From an uncultured beta proteobacterium (GTDB taxonomy: Bacteria; Pseudomonadota; Gammaproteobacteria; Burkholderiales; Casimicrobiaceae): a stretch of 64,000 nt of DNA. The notes beneath the pieces were generated by a model, which was not told the origin of the DNA, searched no databases, and saw nothing but the letters and a program-made list of their open reading frames with translations. This document shows, one piece after another, positions 1-9,100 of the stretch. Every line of letters starts with the position of its first letter. Positions within the stretch are counted from its first letter, which is position 1. Position numbers and translations under genes: made by a program. The DNA lies in the NCBI GenBank assembly GCA_963816165.1, contig CAWFJL010000010.1:65651-129650 (forward strand), given 5' to 3'.

Positions 1-21
1 CGCGAGGGGGAAAAAAGGCCT

Positions 22-1002
22 TTGAGCCCTCGCGAGTACGACGAGTCCGATGTCCGGGTCCGACCCGGCCGGGGCTCGCGGCCGCGAACCAAGACTCGCC
101 CCGAACACGCCGACGCGCAGGAAGCCATGGTGGTCACAGTCGACCGCGGCCGGTGGGGATGCGCGCTGGGCCGGGACACCGACCACCGGGTCACCGCCAT
201 GCGCGCACGGGAACTCGGCCGCACGCCGATCGTCGTCGGCGACGATGTCGGCATCGTCGGCGACCTGTCCGGGCGACCCGACACGCTGGCCCGCATCGTG
301 CGGCGCGGTGAGCGGCGAACGGTGTTGCGGCGCACCGCCGATGACACCGATCCGACCGAACGCGTCGTCGTAGCCAACGCCGACCAGCTGCTGATCGTGG
401 TTGCGCTGGCCGACCCGCCACCCCGAACCGGCCTGGTCGAGCGCGCGCTGATCGCGGCATACGCCGGCGGACTCGAACCCATCCTGTGCCTGACCAAGAC
501 CGACCTGGCCCCGGCTGAACCGTTCGCCGCGCAGTTCGCCGATCTCGATCTGACGATCACCACCGCCGGCCGCGACGACCCGCTCGATGCCGTGGCGCCG
601 ATGCTGAGGGACAAGGTGACCGTCCTGCTCGGGCATTCCGGGGTCGGCAAGTCCACGCTGGTGAATCGCCTTGTGCCGGACGCAGACCGGGCGACAGGCG
701 AGGTGACCGACATCGGCAGGGGCAGGCACACGTCGACCCAGTCGGTGGCGCTTCCGCTGAGCCTTGGCGGCTGGGTGATCGACACGCCAGGCATCCGGTC
801 GTTCGGGCTCGCCCACATCGAACCCGACGATGTGCTGCTGGCCTTCTCCGATCTCGCCGAGGCGATCAAGGACTGCCCGCGCGGATGCGGGCACATGGGG
901 CCACCCGCCGATCCGGAGTGCGCGCTCGACAGGCTGACCGGTCCTGCCGGCGGGCGCGTGGCGGCGGCGCGACGGCTGCTGGCGGCGCTGAGAGAAGGCT
1001 AG
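22..1002 (+). CDS. rsgA: Ribosome small subunit-dependent GTPase A (Rv3228 ortholog)
   Basis: Intact 326-aa ORF with circularly permuted GTPase motifs TKTD, GHSGVGKS, GRHTST, DTPG and C-terminal CxxxCxH...C zinc finger. Confidence 0.95.
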   Translation: MSPREYDESDVRVRPGRGSRPRTKTRPEHADAQEAMVVTVDRGRWGCALGRDTDHRVTAMRARELGRTPIVVGDDVGIVGDLSGRPDTLARIVRRGERRTVLRRTADDTDPTERVVVANADQLLIVVALADPPPRTGLVERALIAAYAGGLEPILCLTKTDLAPAEPFAAQFADLDLTITTAGRDDPLDAVAPMLRDKVTVLLGHSGVGKSTLVNRLVPDADRATGEVTDIGRGRHTSTQSVALPLSLGGWVIDTPGIRSFGLAHIEPDDVLLAFSDLAEAIKDCPRGCGHMGPPADPECALDRLTGPAGGRVAAARRLLAALREG

Positions 1003-1037
1003 GGAAGAAGGCTGCAAGTCGACTTGCCCTGTTGCTC

Positions 1038-1068
1038 GTTAACAAAGCTAAGAGTTAAATGGGCTAAG
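1038..1068. promoter_or_regulatory. AT-rich direct repeat GTTAA-N4-GCTAAG x2, candidate operator/promoter
   Basis: GTTAACAAAGCTAAG and GTTAAATGGGCTAAG at a 16-bp period, abutting the GTG start of the methyltransferase. Confidence 0.4.
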
Positions 1069-1997
1069 TGAGTGCTGAACGGACAGACGACGACACCTGG
1101 GACCTGGCGACCAGCGTCGGCGCGACCGCCACCATGGTCGCCGCGGGCAGGGCACGTGCCACCAGGGCCAACCTCCTCGACGACCGCTACGCCGAGCCCT
1201 TGGTACGGGCCGTCGGCGTCGATTTCTTCACGCGCTGGGCAACCGGTGAGCTCGCCGCCGCCGACGTCGACGTTCCCGGCTCGTTCTGGGGCATGCAGCA
1301 GATGACGGACCTGCTCACCGCGCGCACCCGGTACTTCGACGCCTTCCTCACCGATGCGACCGATGCCGCCATCCGTCAGGTGGTGATTCTCGCGTCGGGG
1401 CTCGACGCGCGCGGATACCGCCTCGCGTGGCCTGCGGGCACCGTGATGTTCGAGATTGACCAGCCGGAAGTGCTGGCATTCAAGGCCGCGACGCTCGCCG
1501 AGTTGAAGGCGGCGCCGACGGCCGAGGTGCGGACGGTCCCCATCGACCTGCGGCAGGACTGGCCCGCCGCGCTGCGCGACGCGGGCTTCGATGTGACCAA
1601 GCCTTGCGCATGGACGGCCGAAGGCCTGCTTCCGTTCCTGCCCGCGGAGGCCCAGGATCGCCTGCTGGCCAACATCACCGCGCTCAGCGTCGACGGCAGC
1701 CGGCTGGCGTCGGAGGTGGCGGTGATGTCGACCTCCGCGGGCGACGGCCAATTGTCGGACTCGATGGACGACGTCACGAAGCGCTGGCGAGACCACGGCT
1801 TCGACATCGAGCTCGGCGAACTCGGCTACCCCGAGGAGCGCGCGGACGTCGCCGACTATCTCGACAGCCGGGGCTGGCGCTCGGTGCGCAAGCCGCTGCG
1901 GGAGCTGCTGGCCGATGCGGGGCTGCCCAAGCCACCGGAATTGGAGAACTCCGCGTTCGGCGACAACTACTACTGCATGTCCGTGAAGGGACGCTGA
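1068..1997 (+). CDS. Mycobacterial SAM-dependent methyltransferase (LCM-like family)
   Basis: Family signatures [39 protein letters not shown] and WTAEGLL; intact ORF. Confidence 0.92.
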   Translation: MSAERTDDDTWDLATSVGATATMVAAGRARATRANLLDDRYAEPLVRAVGVDFFTRWATGELAAADVDVPGSFWGMQQMTDLLTARTRYFDAFLTDATDAAIRQVVILASGLDARGYRLAWPAGTVMFEIDQPEVLAFKAATLAELKAAPTAEVRTVPIDLRQDWPAALRDAGFDVTKPCAWTAEGLLPFLPAEAQDRLLANITALSVDGSRLASEVAVMSTSAGDGQLSDSMDDVTKRWRDHGFDIELGELGYPEERADVADYLDSRGWRSVRKPLRELLADAGLPKPPELENSAFGDNYYCMSVKGR

Positions 1998-2005
1998 GCA
2001 CCGAC

Positions 2006-2034
2006 ACGGCCCTCCCCATTTCGGGGAGGGCCGT
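2006..2034. terminator. Hairpin terminator between convergent genes
   Basis: ACGGCCCTCCCC-atttc-GGGGAGGGCCGT, 12-bp perfect stem. Confidence 0.8.
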
Positions 2035-2047
2035 CGTAGCTGGTCTA

Positions 2048-2287
2048 TCAGCGGTGGTAGCCGGGCACGAAGTGCTGGATCCGATCCGCGCCGTGGTGGC
2101 CGTGCCAGCCGGGGACTGCCTCGGGCGCGGGGTGCGCCTTGACGGCGGGGGCGTACGAGTAGCCCGGGCCGCTCGGCCGCGTCTGGGTGGCCGCGTTGGC
2201 CATGCCTGCCATGCCGAGGGCGGCACCGCCGATGATGCCTGCCGAAACCACCGAGAGGGCGAAGGTGCGGGCGATGTTGCTGATCAT
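2048..2287 (-). CDS. Small secreted His-rich protein, copy 1 (79 aa)
   Basis: AGGAGA RBS before ATG 2287; signal peptide ending ANA-A; C-terminal APAVKAHPAPEAVPGWHGHHG...PGYHR; paralog at 3782-4036. Confidence 0.8.
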   Translation of the reverse strand: MISNIARTFALSVVSAGIIGGAALGMAGMANAATQTRPSGPGYSYAPAVKAHPAPEAVPGWHGHHGADRIQHFVPGYHR

Positions 2288-2290
2288 CTC

Positions 2291-2435
2291 TGAGTTCTCC
2301 TGTGTCAGCTGGCTTTTCAGCTTCTGCGCCGCTGCGTTCCGGCGATGAACTAAGAATGCCGGACGCAGCCCACGCTGTATGTCGGGCGATCGGCCGGTCA
2401 CAGGGGGAGATCGGTTGTCCCCCGATCGGGGGGAA
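2291..2435 (-). promoter_or_regulatory. Conserved promoter/leader of secreted peptide copy 1, with CCCCCGATCGGGGG palindrome
   Basis: Blocks TGAGTTCTCCTGT, TGCGTTCCGGCGATGA, AATGCCG, TGTATGTC..GATCGGCCG and TGTCCCCCGATCGGGGG shared with 4038-4181. Confidence 0.7.
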
Positions 2436-2467
2436 CTAGGCTCGCGGCCGTTAGCCCGATACCGGCC

Positions 2468-2846
2468 GTCGCGCAGACCGACACCGTGCCCGCCGTGAAT
2501 CAGGTTGAGGCGCATCCGTACTTCGCCAACGCCGAGGTCTGCGCCACAATCAGGAATACGGAATCACTACTGAGGCTTGGTCGCCACTCGCACGCGGCAG
2601 AGCGCTCGACGAACCCGTTGTGACCCGAATCGGCACCGGTCGGTCCAGGTGGTGCTTCGCTGACACCGTCAGCGAGGCCATGTCGTCTTCCCCAAATCGG
2701 TGACACCACAACGTATCAAGGACAACTTCGCGCTGTTCGACTTCGAACTCGGCGACACCGACATGCAGGCGCTTACGGCACTGGACAAGGGTGCGGACGG
2801 ACGCATAGGCCCCGACGCCGACGTCTTCGACTACGTGCCGAGCTAG
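2468..2846 (+). pseudogene. C-terminal remnant of an aldo/keto reductase (2,5-DKG reductase-like)
   Basis: Manual translation gives VPAVNQVEAHPYF...EAWSPLARG...QVVLR*H...VFPKSVTPQRIKDNFALFDFEL...; N-terminal half absent; in-frame TGA at 2661 and frameshifts. Confidence 0.8.
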
Positions 2847-2852
2847 CACCGC

Positions 2853-3707
2853 TCAGGGTCTGATGGCCAACAGCGCCGGGGTGTGTCCTGGCCATGCGGA
2901 GCTCATTTCGTCGATCAGCGTGCGAGGTTCCTCGGCCGGCGCCACCGCAACCGTTCGGACGAAGACGTCTAGCCGCGTCAGCATCCAGAACATCGCGGCG
3001 AGAAGCCGCCTTGGGACGCGGCTGAGCACCGTCATCGGCGCTGGGGTGACGGCGTTTCCGAGGTGGCGCACCAGACGAATCCCTTCGTTCATCGCGCCGG
3101 CCATGCGCAGCGACTCGCGTTTGGACAGGCCGCTTCCGCGGAGGTCGGCGGTGCTGCCTGCGATCACCAACGGCACGATGACCGCGGCGTGGGTCCGCAA
3201 CCAACTCTGGATATCCGGGTGGACGGTAGCGGGAATGCCTGCGTTGCTGAATATCTCGGCCCAGAACGGATCCGTGACCGTCGTCGACATTCTGCGACGG
3301 AGGATGCTGAACGACAGAGTGCCGTCGGCGACGCTGGCAACGATAGCGGGAAAGCCGAACGCAAAGCGGTGTGCACCGACGCCGTCGCGCAGCCGGTCGA
3401 GCGACTGGAACGTGTTGAACATGAACATCACCGACGCTGCGCCGCTTCGCGCCAGCGTGGGCAACAACGTGTCGACGTGAGATGCCAACACCGTGACGAG
3501 CACCAGGTCGTATGGCATCGACTCATCGAGCACGGCTGCGACGCGGATGCCGGCTCGTTGGCCGTCAGCGGTGACGATCGCGCCGTCGCCGCGCAGCTGT
3601 TCGAGCCTGCGGCCGCGCGCGATGACCGTCACGTCGTGCCCTGCCCGGGAGAGCCGGAATGCGAACGTGCTGCCGATGCCGCCCGGCCCGATGATTGCGA
3701 TCTGCAT
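2853..3707 (-). CDS. Ketopantoate reductase (ApbA/PanE) family oxidoreductase
   Basis: N-terminal Rossmann MQIAIIGPGGIG...AGHDVTVIARG and YDLVLVTV; intact. Confidence 0.8.
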   Translation of the reverse strand: MQIAIIGPGGIGSTFAFRLSRAGHDVTVIARGRRLEQLRGDGAIVTADGQRAGIRVAAVLDESMPYDLVLVTVLASHVDTLLPTLARSGAASVMFMFNTFQSLDRLRDGVGAHRFAFGFPAIVASVADGTLSFSILRRRMSTTVTDPFWAEIFSNAGIPATVHPDIQSWLRTHAAVIVPLVIAGSTADLRGSGLSKRESLRMAGAMNEGIRLVRHLGNAVTPAPMTVLSRVPRRLLAAMFWMLTRLDVFVRTVAVAPAEEPRTLIDEMSSAWPGHTPALLAIRP

Positions 3708-3733
3708 GTCTTCCTCGATACCAGAAGCTGAAA

Positions 3734-3771
3734 TCACTGAGGCCCTCCCCATTCGGGAAGGGCCTCAGTGA
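3734..3771. terminator. Hairpin terminator downstream of peptide copy 2
   Basis: TCACTGAGGCCCT...AGGGCCTCAGTGA long stem; core homologous to the 2006-2034 hairpin. Confidence 0.8.
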
Positions 3772-3781
3772 CTGGACGCGA

Positions 3782-4036
3782 TCAGCGGTGGTAGCCCGGC
3801 TGCAGGTTCTCGACGTGCCACACGCCGTGGTGGCCATGCCAGCCCGGCGTCGCAGAAGGCGCCGGGTGCGCCTTGACCTCCGGGGCGGCCACGATGCCCG
3901 GCTTGGGATCGGAAGCGACTGGGGTGGCCGCATTGGCCATACCCGCCATGCCGAGGGCGGCGCCGCCGATGATTCCGGCCGAGACGACCGGCAGGGCGAA
4001 GTAGCGGACGAAGCGGCGGCTGCTGTTGATGTTCAT
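3782..4036 (-). CDS. Small secreted His-rich protein, copy 2 (84 aa)
   Basis: VVSAGIIGGAALGMAGMANAAT signal region identical to copy 1; APEVKAHPAPSATPGWHGHHG...PGYHR. Confidence 0.85.
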   Translation of the reverse strand: MNINSSRRFVRYFALPVVSAGIIGGAALGMAGMANAATPVASDPKPGIVAAPEVKAHPAPSATPGWHGHHGVWHVENLQPGYHR

Positions 4037-4037
4037 T

Positions 4038-4181
4038 TGAGTTCTCCTGTCTCCGTTGACTTTTGGTCTCTTGCGTCGGTGCGTTCCGGCGATGACTCAA
4101 CAATGCCGCGATCAGGCCGCGGTGTATGTCCGGTGATCGGCCGACGCACCGGTTGAATCGCATGTCCCCCGATCGGGGGAA
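4038..4181 (-). promoter_or_regulatory. Conserved promoter/leader of peptide copy 2, with perfect palindrome TCCCCCGATCGGGGGA (4165-4180)
   Basis: Homologous to 2291-2435; lies between the divergent peptide and baeRF genes. Confidence 0.7.
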
Positions 4182-4228
4182 CAGCCCAGAGTCGGCTTAC
4201 GCTGGGTTGCAGACGCCTGCCCAGAGGA

Positions 4229-5359
4229 GTGACGGTGACGCGCTACCAGCTGCCCGACATTGCGGATTTGATCCGGCTCGGCGATCGACACGAACGCGCC
4301 ATCACGGTGTACGCAGAAACCTCGCCCGCTCCCAATGAACGCGAGAACAGCTTGCTGCAGGTGAAGAGTGCCGTCGACCGCGCGTTGCGCACCATCCGCG
4401 AGGGCGGCGCACGGCACGCCGCCGAGGAGAAGCTGCGCTCGCGGTGGGCGGAGATCGCCGACTCGGATCTGTGGCTCAGATTGTCGCGGTCGTTGGCGGT
4501 CTTCATCGCCGACGACTTCCATGAGGTCTATGTGCTGCCCAATGCGCTCGAGACGCAGTCACAGCTGGGCGACTACTTCGACATCGGCGAGCTGGTGCGT
4601 GCCGTGACGACGCCGCAGCAGGCGTACGCGCTGACGCTGTCCGCCAACGGCTGGAACCTGTGGCGCGCGACGGCCACTACTCGGGCCGAAGAACTCCCGC
4701 TCGTCGGCGAGTACGCCACCGACGTCGCCGAGGCCACCAACCGCGCGACTGTCCGCGACCGCGGGCACGTGCGGCGGCTGGTCGGCGACGAAGGCAAGAA
4801 GGTGCTGCTCGAGACGTACGCCAAGCGGGTTGCCGAAGCGGTGCGGTCCGAACTGGGGCACACGGACGCGTCGGCGAGCGTGCCGCTGTTTCTCTTCGCG
4901 ACCGACCCGCTGCTGGACCTCTACCGCGGCGTCGACCGCAAGCGCCAGATCATCGCCGTTCCAGGAGCTCCCGACGAACTGCGGCCGGACCAGATCGACC
5001 ATGCCATCCGCGAATCGCTGTCGACACTGAATGCGCAGCGGACCAGCGCGCGCGTGGACGAGATCGCCAACGGCGTCGGCCGGGGGCTGGTCGCCACCGA
5101 CGTCGCCGACATCGCGCGCGCCGCTGTCGCCGGGGCGGTCTCCACGCTCGTGTACAACTTCACCGTCGACATCCTCGGTCGACTCGATGACACGACCGGC
5201 GAGGTCAGCTACGGCGACGACGGTTATGACCTGCTGTCCCGGATTGCGGTCATCGTGCTCGACAAGGACGGCGAAGTGATCGCCGCGCGGCCCGAGGAGA
5301 TCACCGCAGACATCTGGAACAACACCGCCGTCGCGGCGCTGCGGTTCCCGCTGTCCTAA
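4229..5359 (+). CDS. baeRF (bacterial archaeo-eukaryotic release factor family)-like protein
   Basis: 376-aa intact ORF resembling baeRF3/11 families (AITVYAETSP, SLAVFIA, YFDIGELVRAV, AYALTLSANGWNLW, DIARAAVAGAVSTL, AVAALRFP). Confidence 0.7.
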   Translation: MTVTRYQLPDIADLIRLGDRHERAITVYAETSPAPNERENSLLQVKSAVDRALRTIREGGARHAAEEKLRSRWAEIADSDLWLRLSRSLAVFIADDFHEVYVLPNALETQSQLGDYFDIGELVRAVTTPQQAYALTLSANGWNLWRATATTRAEELPLVGEYATDVAEATNRATVRDRGHVRRLVGDEGKKVLLETYAKRVAEAVRSELGHTDASASVPLFLFATDPLLDLYRGVDRKRQIIAVPGAPDELRPDQIDHAIRESLSTLNAQRTSARVDEIANGVGRGLVATDVADIARAAVAGAVSTLVYNFTVDILGRLDDTTGEVSYGDDGYDLLSRIAVIVLDKDGEVIAARPEEITADIWNNTAVAALRFPLS

Positions 5360-5363
5360 ACCC

Positions 5364-5428
5364 CCGCGAACGTGCGTGTCCGCACGGCGACACGCCGGCA
5401 TCCACGAGCATTTTATGCACGCTGGCGG
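5364..5428 (+). repeat. 65-bp mycobacterial REP-like intergenic repeat, copy A
   Basis: CCGCGAACGTGCGTGTC...GCACGCTGGCGG; an inverted homolog of equal length lies at 9391-9455. Confidence 0.75.
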
Positions 5429-5454
5429 ACAGCGAGCGTGCGTAGAGTGCGGAC

Positions 5455-6099
5455 GTGACCGAACTGGGCTTCCTGGCGCGTACTCGCGAGGGGTACGACC
5501 TGACCGCGGCCGTGTACGCCCAACAGTTTCACGACCACCTGCACGACAAGCCGCTCGACCGCGCGATGCTGGCCGGGTTCGCCGGATTGCTGGATCGCGA
5601 TGGCGTCATCGCCGACGTCGGCTGCGGCACTGGTGCAACGTCGCGCGTGCTCGCAGACATCGGGCTGGACGTAGTCGGTATCGACTTGTCTCCCAACATG
5701 CTCACAGAGGCACGGCGCCGCAACCCCGATCTGCGCTTCCAAGTCGGATCAATGACAAATTTGGACTTCGACGACGGCCACTTCGAAGGAATCTGCGCGT
5801 GGTACTCGGTGATCCACATACCCGATGACCAACTACCGCACGTCTTGTCGGAATTCCGCCGCGTGCTGCGCCCCGGCGGATGGGTGCTACTGGCATTTCA
5901 GGTCGGCGAGCAACCCCGCGAGTTCAAGCAGATGTTCGGCGAGCAAGTGTCGTTGACGTTCTACCGGCGCCAGCCGGACACCGTCGCCCTGCTATTGGAA
6001 GAGGCGGGCCTTGAGCCGTATGCGGGTTTGGTGCGTGAACCCAACGACGACGGCTTCGAATCGACGCCGCATGCCTATCTGATCGCCCGTCGAATGTGA
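5455..6099 (+). CDS. Class I SAM-dependent methyltransferase
   Basis: Motif I IADVGCGTG, GIDLSPNM, EFRRVLRPGG. Confidence 0.9.
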   Translation: MTELGFLARTREGYDLTAAVYAQQFHDHLHDKPLDRAMLAGFAGLLDRDGVIADVGCGTGATSRVLADIGLDVVGIDLSPNMLTEARRRNPDLRFQVGSMTNLDFDDGHFEGICAWYSVIHIPDDQLPHVLSEFRRVLRPGGWVLLAFQVGEQPREFKQMFGEQVSLTFYRRQPDTVALLLEEAGLEPYAGLVREPNDDGFESTPHAYLIARRM

Positions 6100-6113
6100 G
6101 CTTGTATCGACAG

Positions 6114-9100
6114 TCAGGGCATCGCCTCGGCCACCGAGATGTGTCCTTCGAAGCCAAGGTCTGTGGCCGTTTGTCGATAGCGATCGCGGAGATCTCGATA
6201 CGCGATCGTGTCGGCTTGAGCGCGCGCTAGCAGCGCACGCAACCTCAGAAGCGCGACGTCGTGCAGCACGAATCCGGGATCGGTGCGAACGGCGGCCAAC
6301 CGGTCGATCGCGGCGTGTGCCTGCTCGAGGTCACCGTCGCCGCAACGTTGCACCAGCGCCTCGACCAATGCGGTGGTGGCGAGCGCGCACCAGATCGATC
6401 CACCCGTGTCGTAGAAACCGTCGAGGACTGAGCGCGACAGTTCGACGGCACCGTCGAGATCCCCGACTCTCGTCTTTTCCCGCGCGATGTGGATGTCGGC
6501 AAGCGGGACGGTCAGCAATGAAAACCGGTCCCTGACGGACCTCTCACGCATCTCGGCCAGCAATCGGAATCCGGCTTCCCGGTCCGGACCGTTGTGGTGG
6601 ATGAGGATGACGGCCCGCGCAGCTTGGGCACCAAGGAGGCAGATGTCGTCACCGGATTGCTCCGCTCTTGCCAAGACGTCGGCGGTGTCGCGAAGCGCAG
6701 TGGCATCGGGCAGCAACGCCCCAAAGGCGGCAACGGCGTAGACGTAGGTGTAGTAGTTCGCAGCCTGTGCCGTCATCGGGTCGAATGCTCGCGCCATGGC
6801 ATTGGCCTGGTGCAGGTCAGCCTTCCAGCCCGCGATTCCCAAACACATTCGTGCGCTGGATCTCAGAGCCAACGCCACCGCCATCGGGGAGCCCAGGAAC
6901 TGGTCACCTTTTCTCGGGTCGTTCTCGGCAAGATCGATGATCCGTTGGGTCACCCGTAGCAACTCAGCCATCTCGCCCGTCTCGTGCTTGGCTGTTGCCA
7001 CTCCCATCGACAACGCGACCGTCAACGTCGAATCCCCTATCGAATCGAGCAGCGCGACCAGTTCGTCGGCCAGACGTGACGCCTCCTGACGACGGGCGTT
7101 GAAGAGGAGCAAGGTCTGTAGTCCGTTCAACCCAAGTACCAACGACCGCTTATCGCCGGCAGCGGTACACAGGTCGCGGAGTTCATCGAAGCCAATCTCT
7201 GCCCCGCCTCCCCCGACGCGAAATGCGGTGGCACACAGTGGCGCCCGCGCCGCGATACGCAACGACATTCGATCGGGGTCGCCATCGGGCAACCGATCGG
7301 CCACCAGCAGTGCCCGTCGCCAGCTGTTTCGCGCGGCGAGAATATCGCGGTTGGTCAGCCACGCGCCGGCGCGCATATGCCAGTCGAACGCCTGATGAGA
7401 ATCACCGGCCGCCTCGCGATGCTCGGCGATCAGTGCCGCGTTCTCATCGGCCGATGCGGGATCGCGACCCTCGATAGCAGCGGCCAGACGTCGATGTAAT
7501 TGGGCACGGTCGGACTTCAGCTGCGATTCGTAGGCCACCGCGCGGATCAACGGGTTACGAAACGCATACTCGGCACGTCGCCCGAACCTGATCTGGTCCA
7601 CGAGTTCGGATTGAATGAGTGACGCGACATCGACGCTGTCGACCACACTCGCCAATAGCTCGGCAGCGAACCGAGACCCAATAACCGCGGCGGCGTTCAA
7701 CGTATGTTTTGCGGCCGCGCCTAGCCGATCGATGCGAGCGCCGATCGTGGCCTGCAGCGTGGCGGGCACATCCACATCACCGATGTCGCCACGCGATGTA
7801 TACGCGCCTGGCGCACCATTCAACACGCCACGCTCGGCCAGATCGCGCACGATCTCCTCGGCGAAGAAGGGATTTCCGGCGGCTCGAGTTGACACGTGGG
7901 CAGTCAGATCCGCCAGCGAGGGATCATCCCCCAGTAGATCAGCGGCGAGCGTCGACGCGTGCGCATGATTCAGGGGTCGCAGCGCGATCACTTGTGCGCC
8001 GGAGGCGTGCATCAGCGCACCACGGTATTCGGGACGGGATGTGATGAGCATCAGCGACGGTGTCTGCGGGATGACGGCGAGGAACTCTGCCATCATCGAC
8101 TCGCTCACCTCGTCTATCCAGTGCACGTCCTCGACCACGTAGACCGCAGGTTCGGATTGTGCCAGCGCGGCCGAGTTGATCAGTGCGCTCAATCGCCGGC
8201 GCCGCGCCTCGGGGGCGATGGCCGGCAGAGTCATCGCCGCGTCACCGATGCCCAGCAGGTCGTCGAACAGGAGCATGTCTTCATCGTCTGCATCAGCGAA
8301 TTGTTCGCGGACGCGCACCCGGGCAGCGTCAGCGGTCAGATCGTCGATTCCCAGGGCTGCGCGCAGAATTCGCGAAATCACCTGGAAAGAAACATCGCTC
8401 GCATGTGACTCGCAATAGGTGGTGAACACCGCCACATGACGTCGCGTGGCGATTGGGGTGACTTCGCGAACGAGCCTGCTCTTGCCGATGCCGGCTGGCC
8501 CGACGATGTTCACGGCACAGCCCGCGCCCCCGACGGCCTCGTCCAGGACCGCGGTGAGGAAGTTCAGTTCCCTGGTGCGCCCAACCAAACGCGACTCCCT
8601 GCGGGAGTGCGGATGATGCTCGCCGATCGCACGCAGCAGTCGCGCCTTCACCGGAGTGTCGACGCCCTTGATCTGCACCACCTCAGCGTCACCCAGCGCC
8701 ACCGTGTCCTCGACCAGTCGCGCAGTCGATTCGCTGAGCATCACGCCGCCTGGTGGCGCCGCCAACTCCATTCGCTGCGCCATCCCGACCTGCTCGCCGA
8801 TGGCGGTGTAACCCGCCGCCTTGGAACCGATCTCGCCCGCGATCACCTGGCCGGAATTGAGCCCGATGCGCAGTTGCAGCGTGACGCCATCGCGAGACTT
8901 CACCTCTGCCGCCAGCCGCTCGGCCTCTCGTTGAACCCCCATCGCGGTAAGGCATGCCCGTAAAGCGTGGTCCTCCAAGGAGATCGGCGCACCGAACACC
9001 GCCATGATCCCGTCACCAGTGAACTGGTTCACCGTGCCGCCGTAGCGCTCGACAACCAATGCCGATCGCTCCAATAGCTCGGTCATGATTTCCCGTAGCC

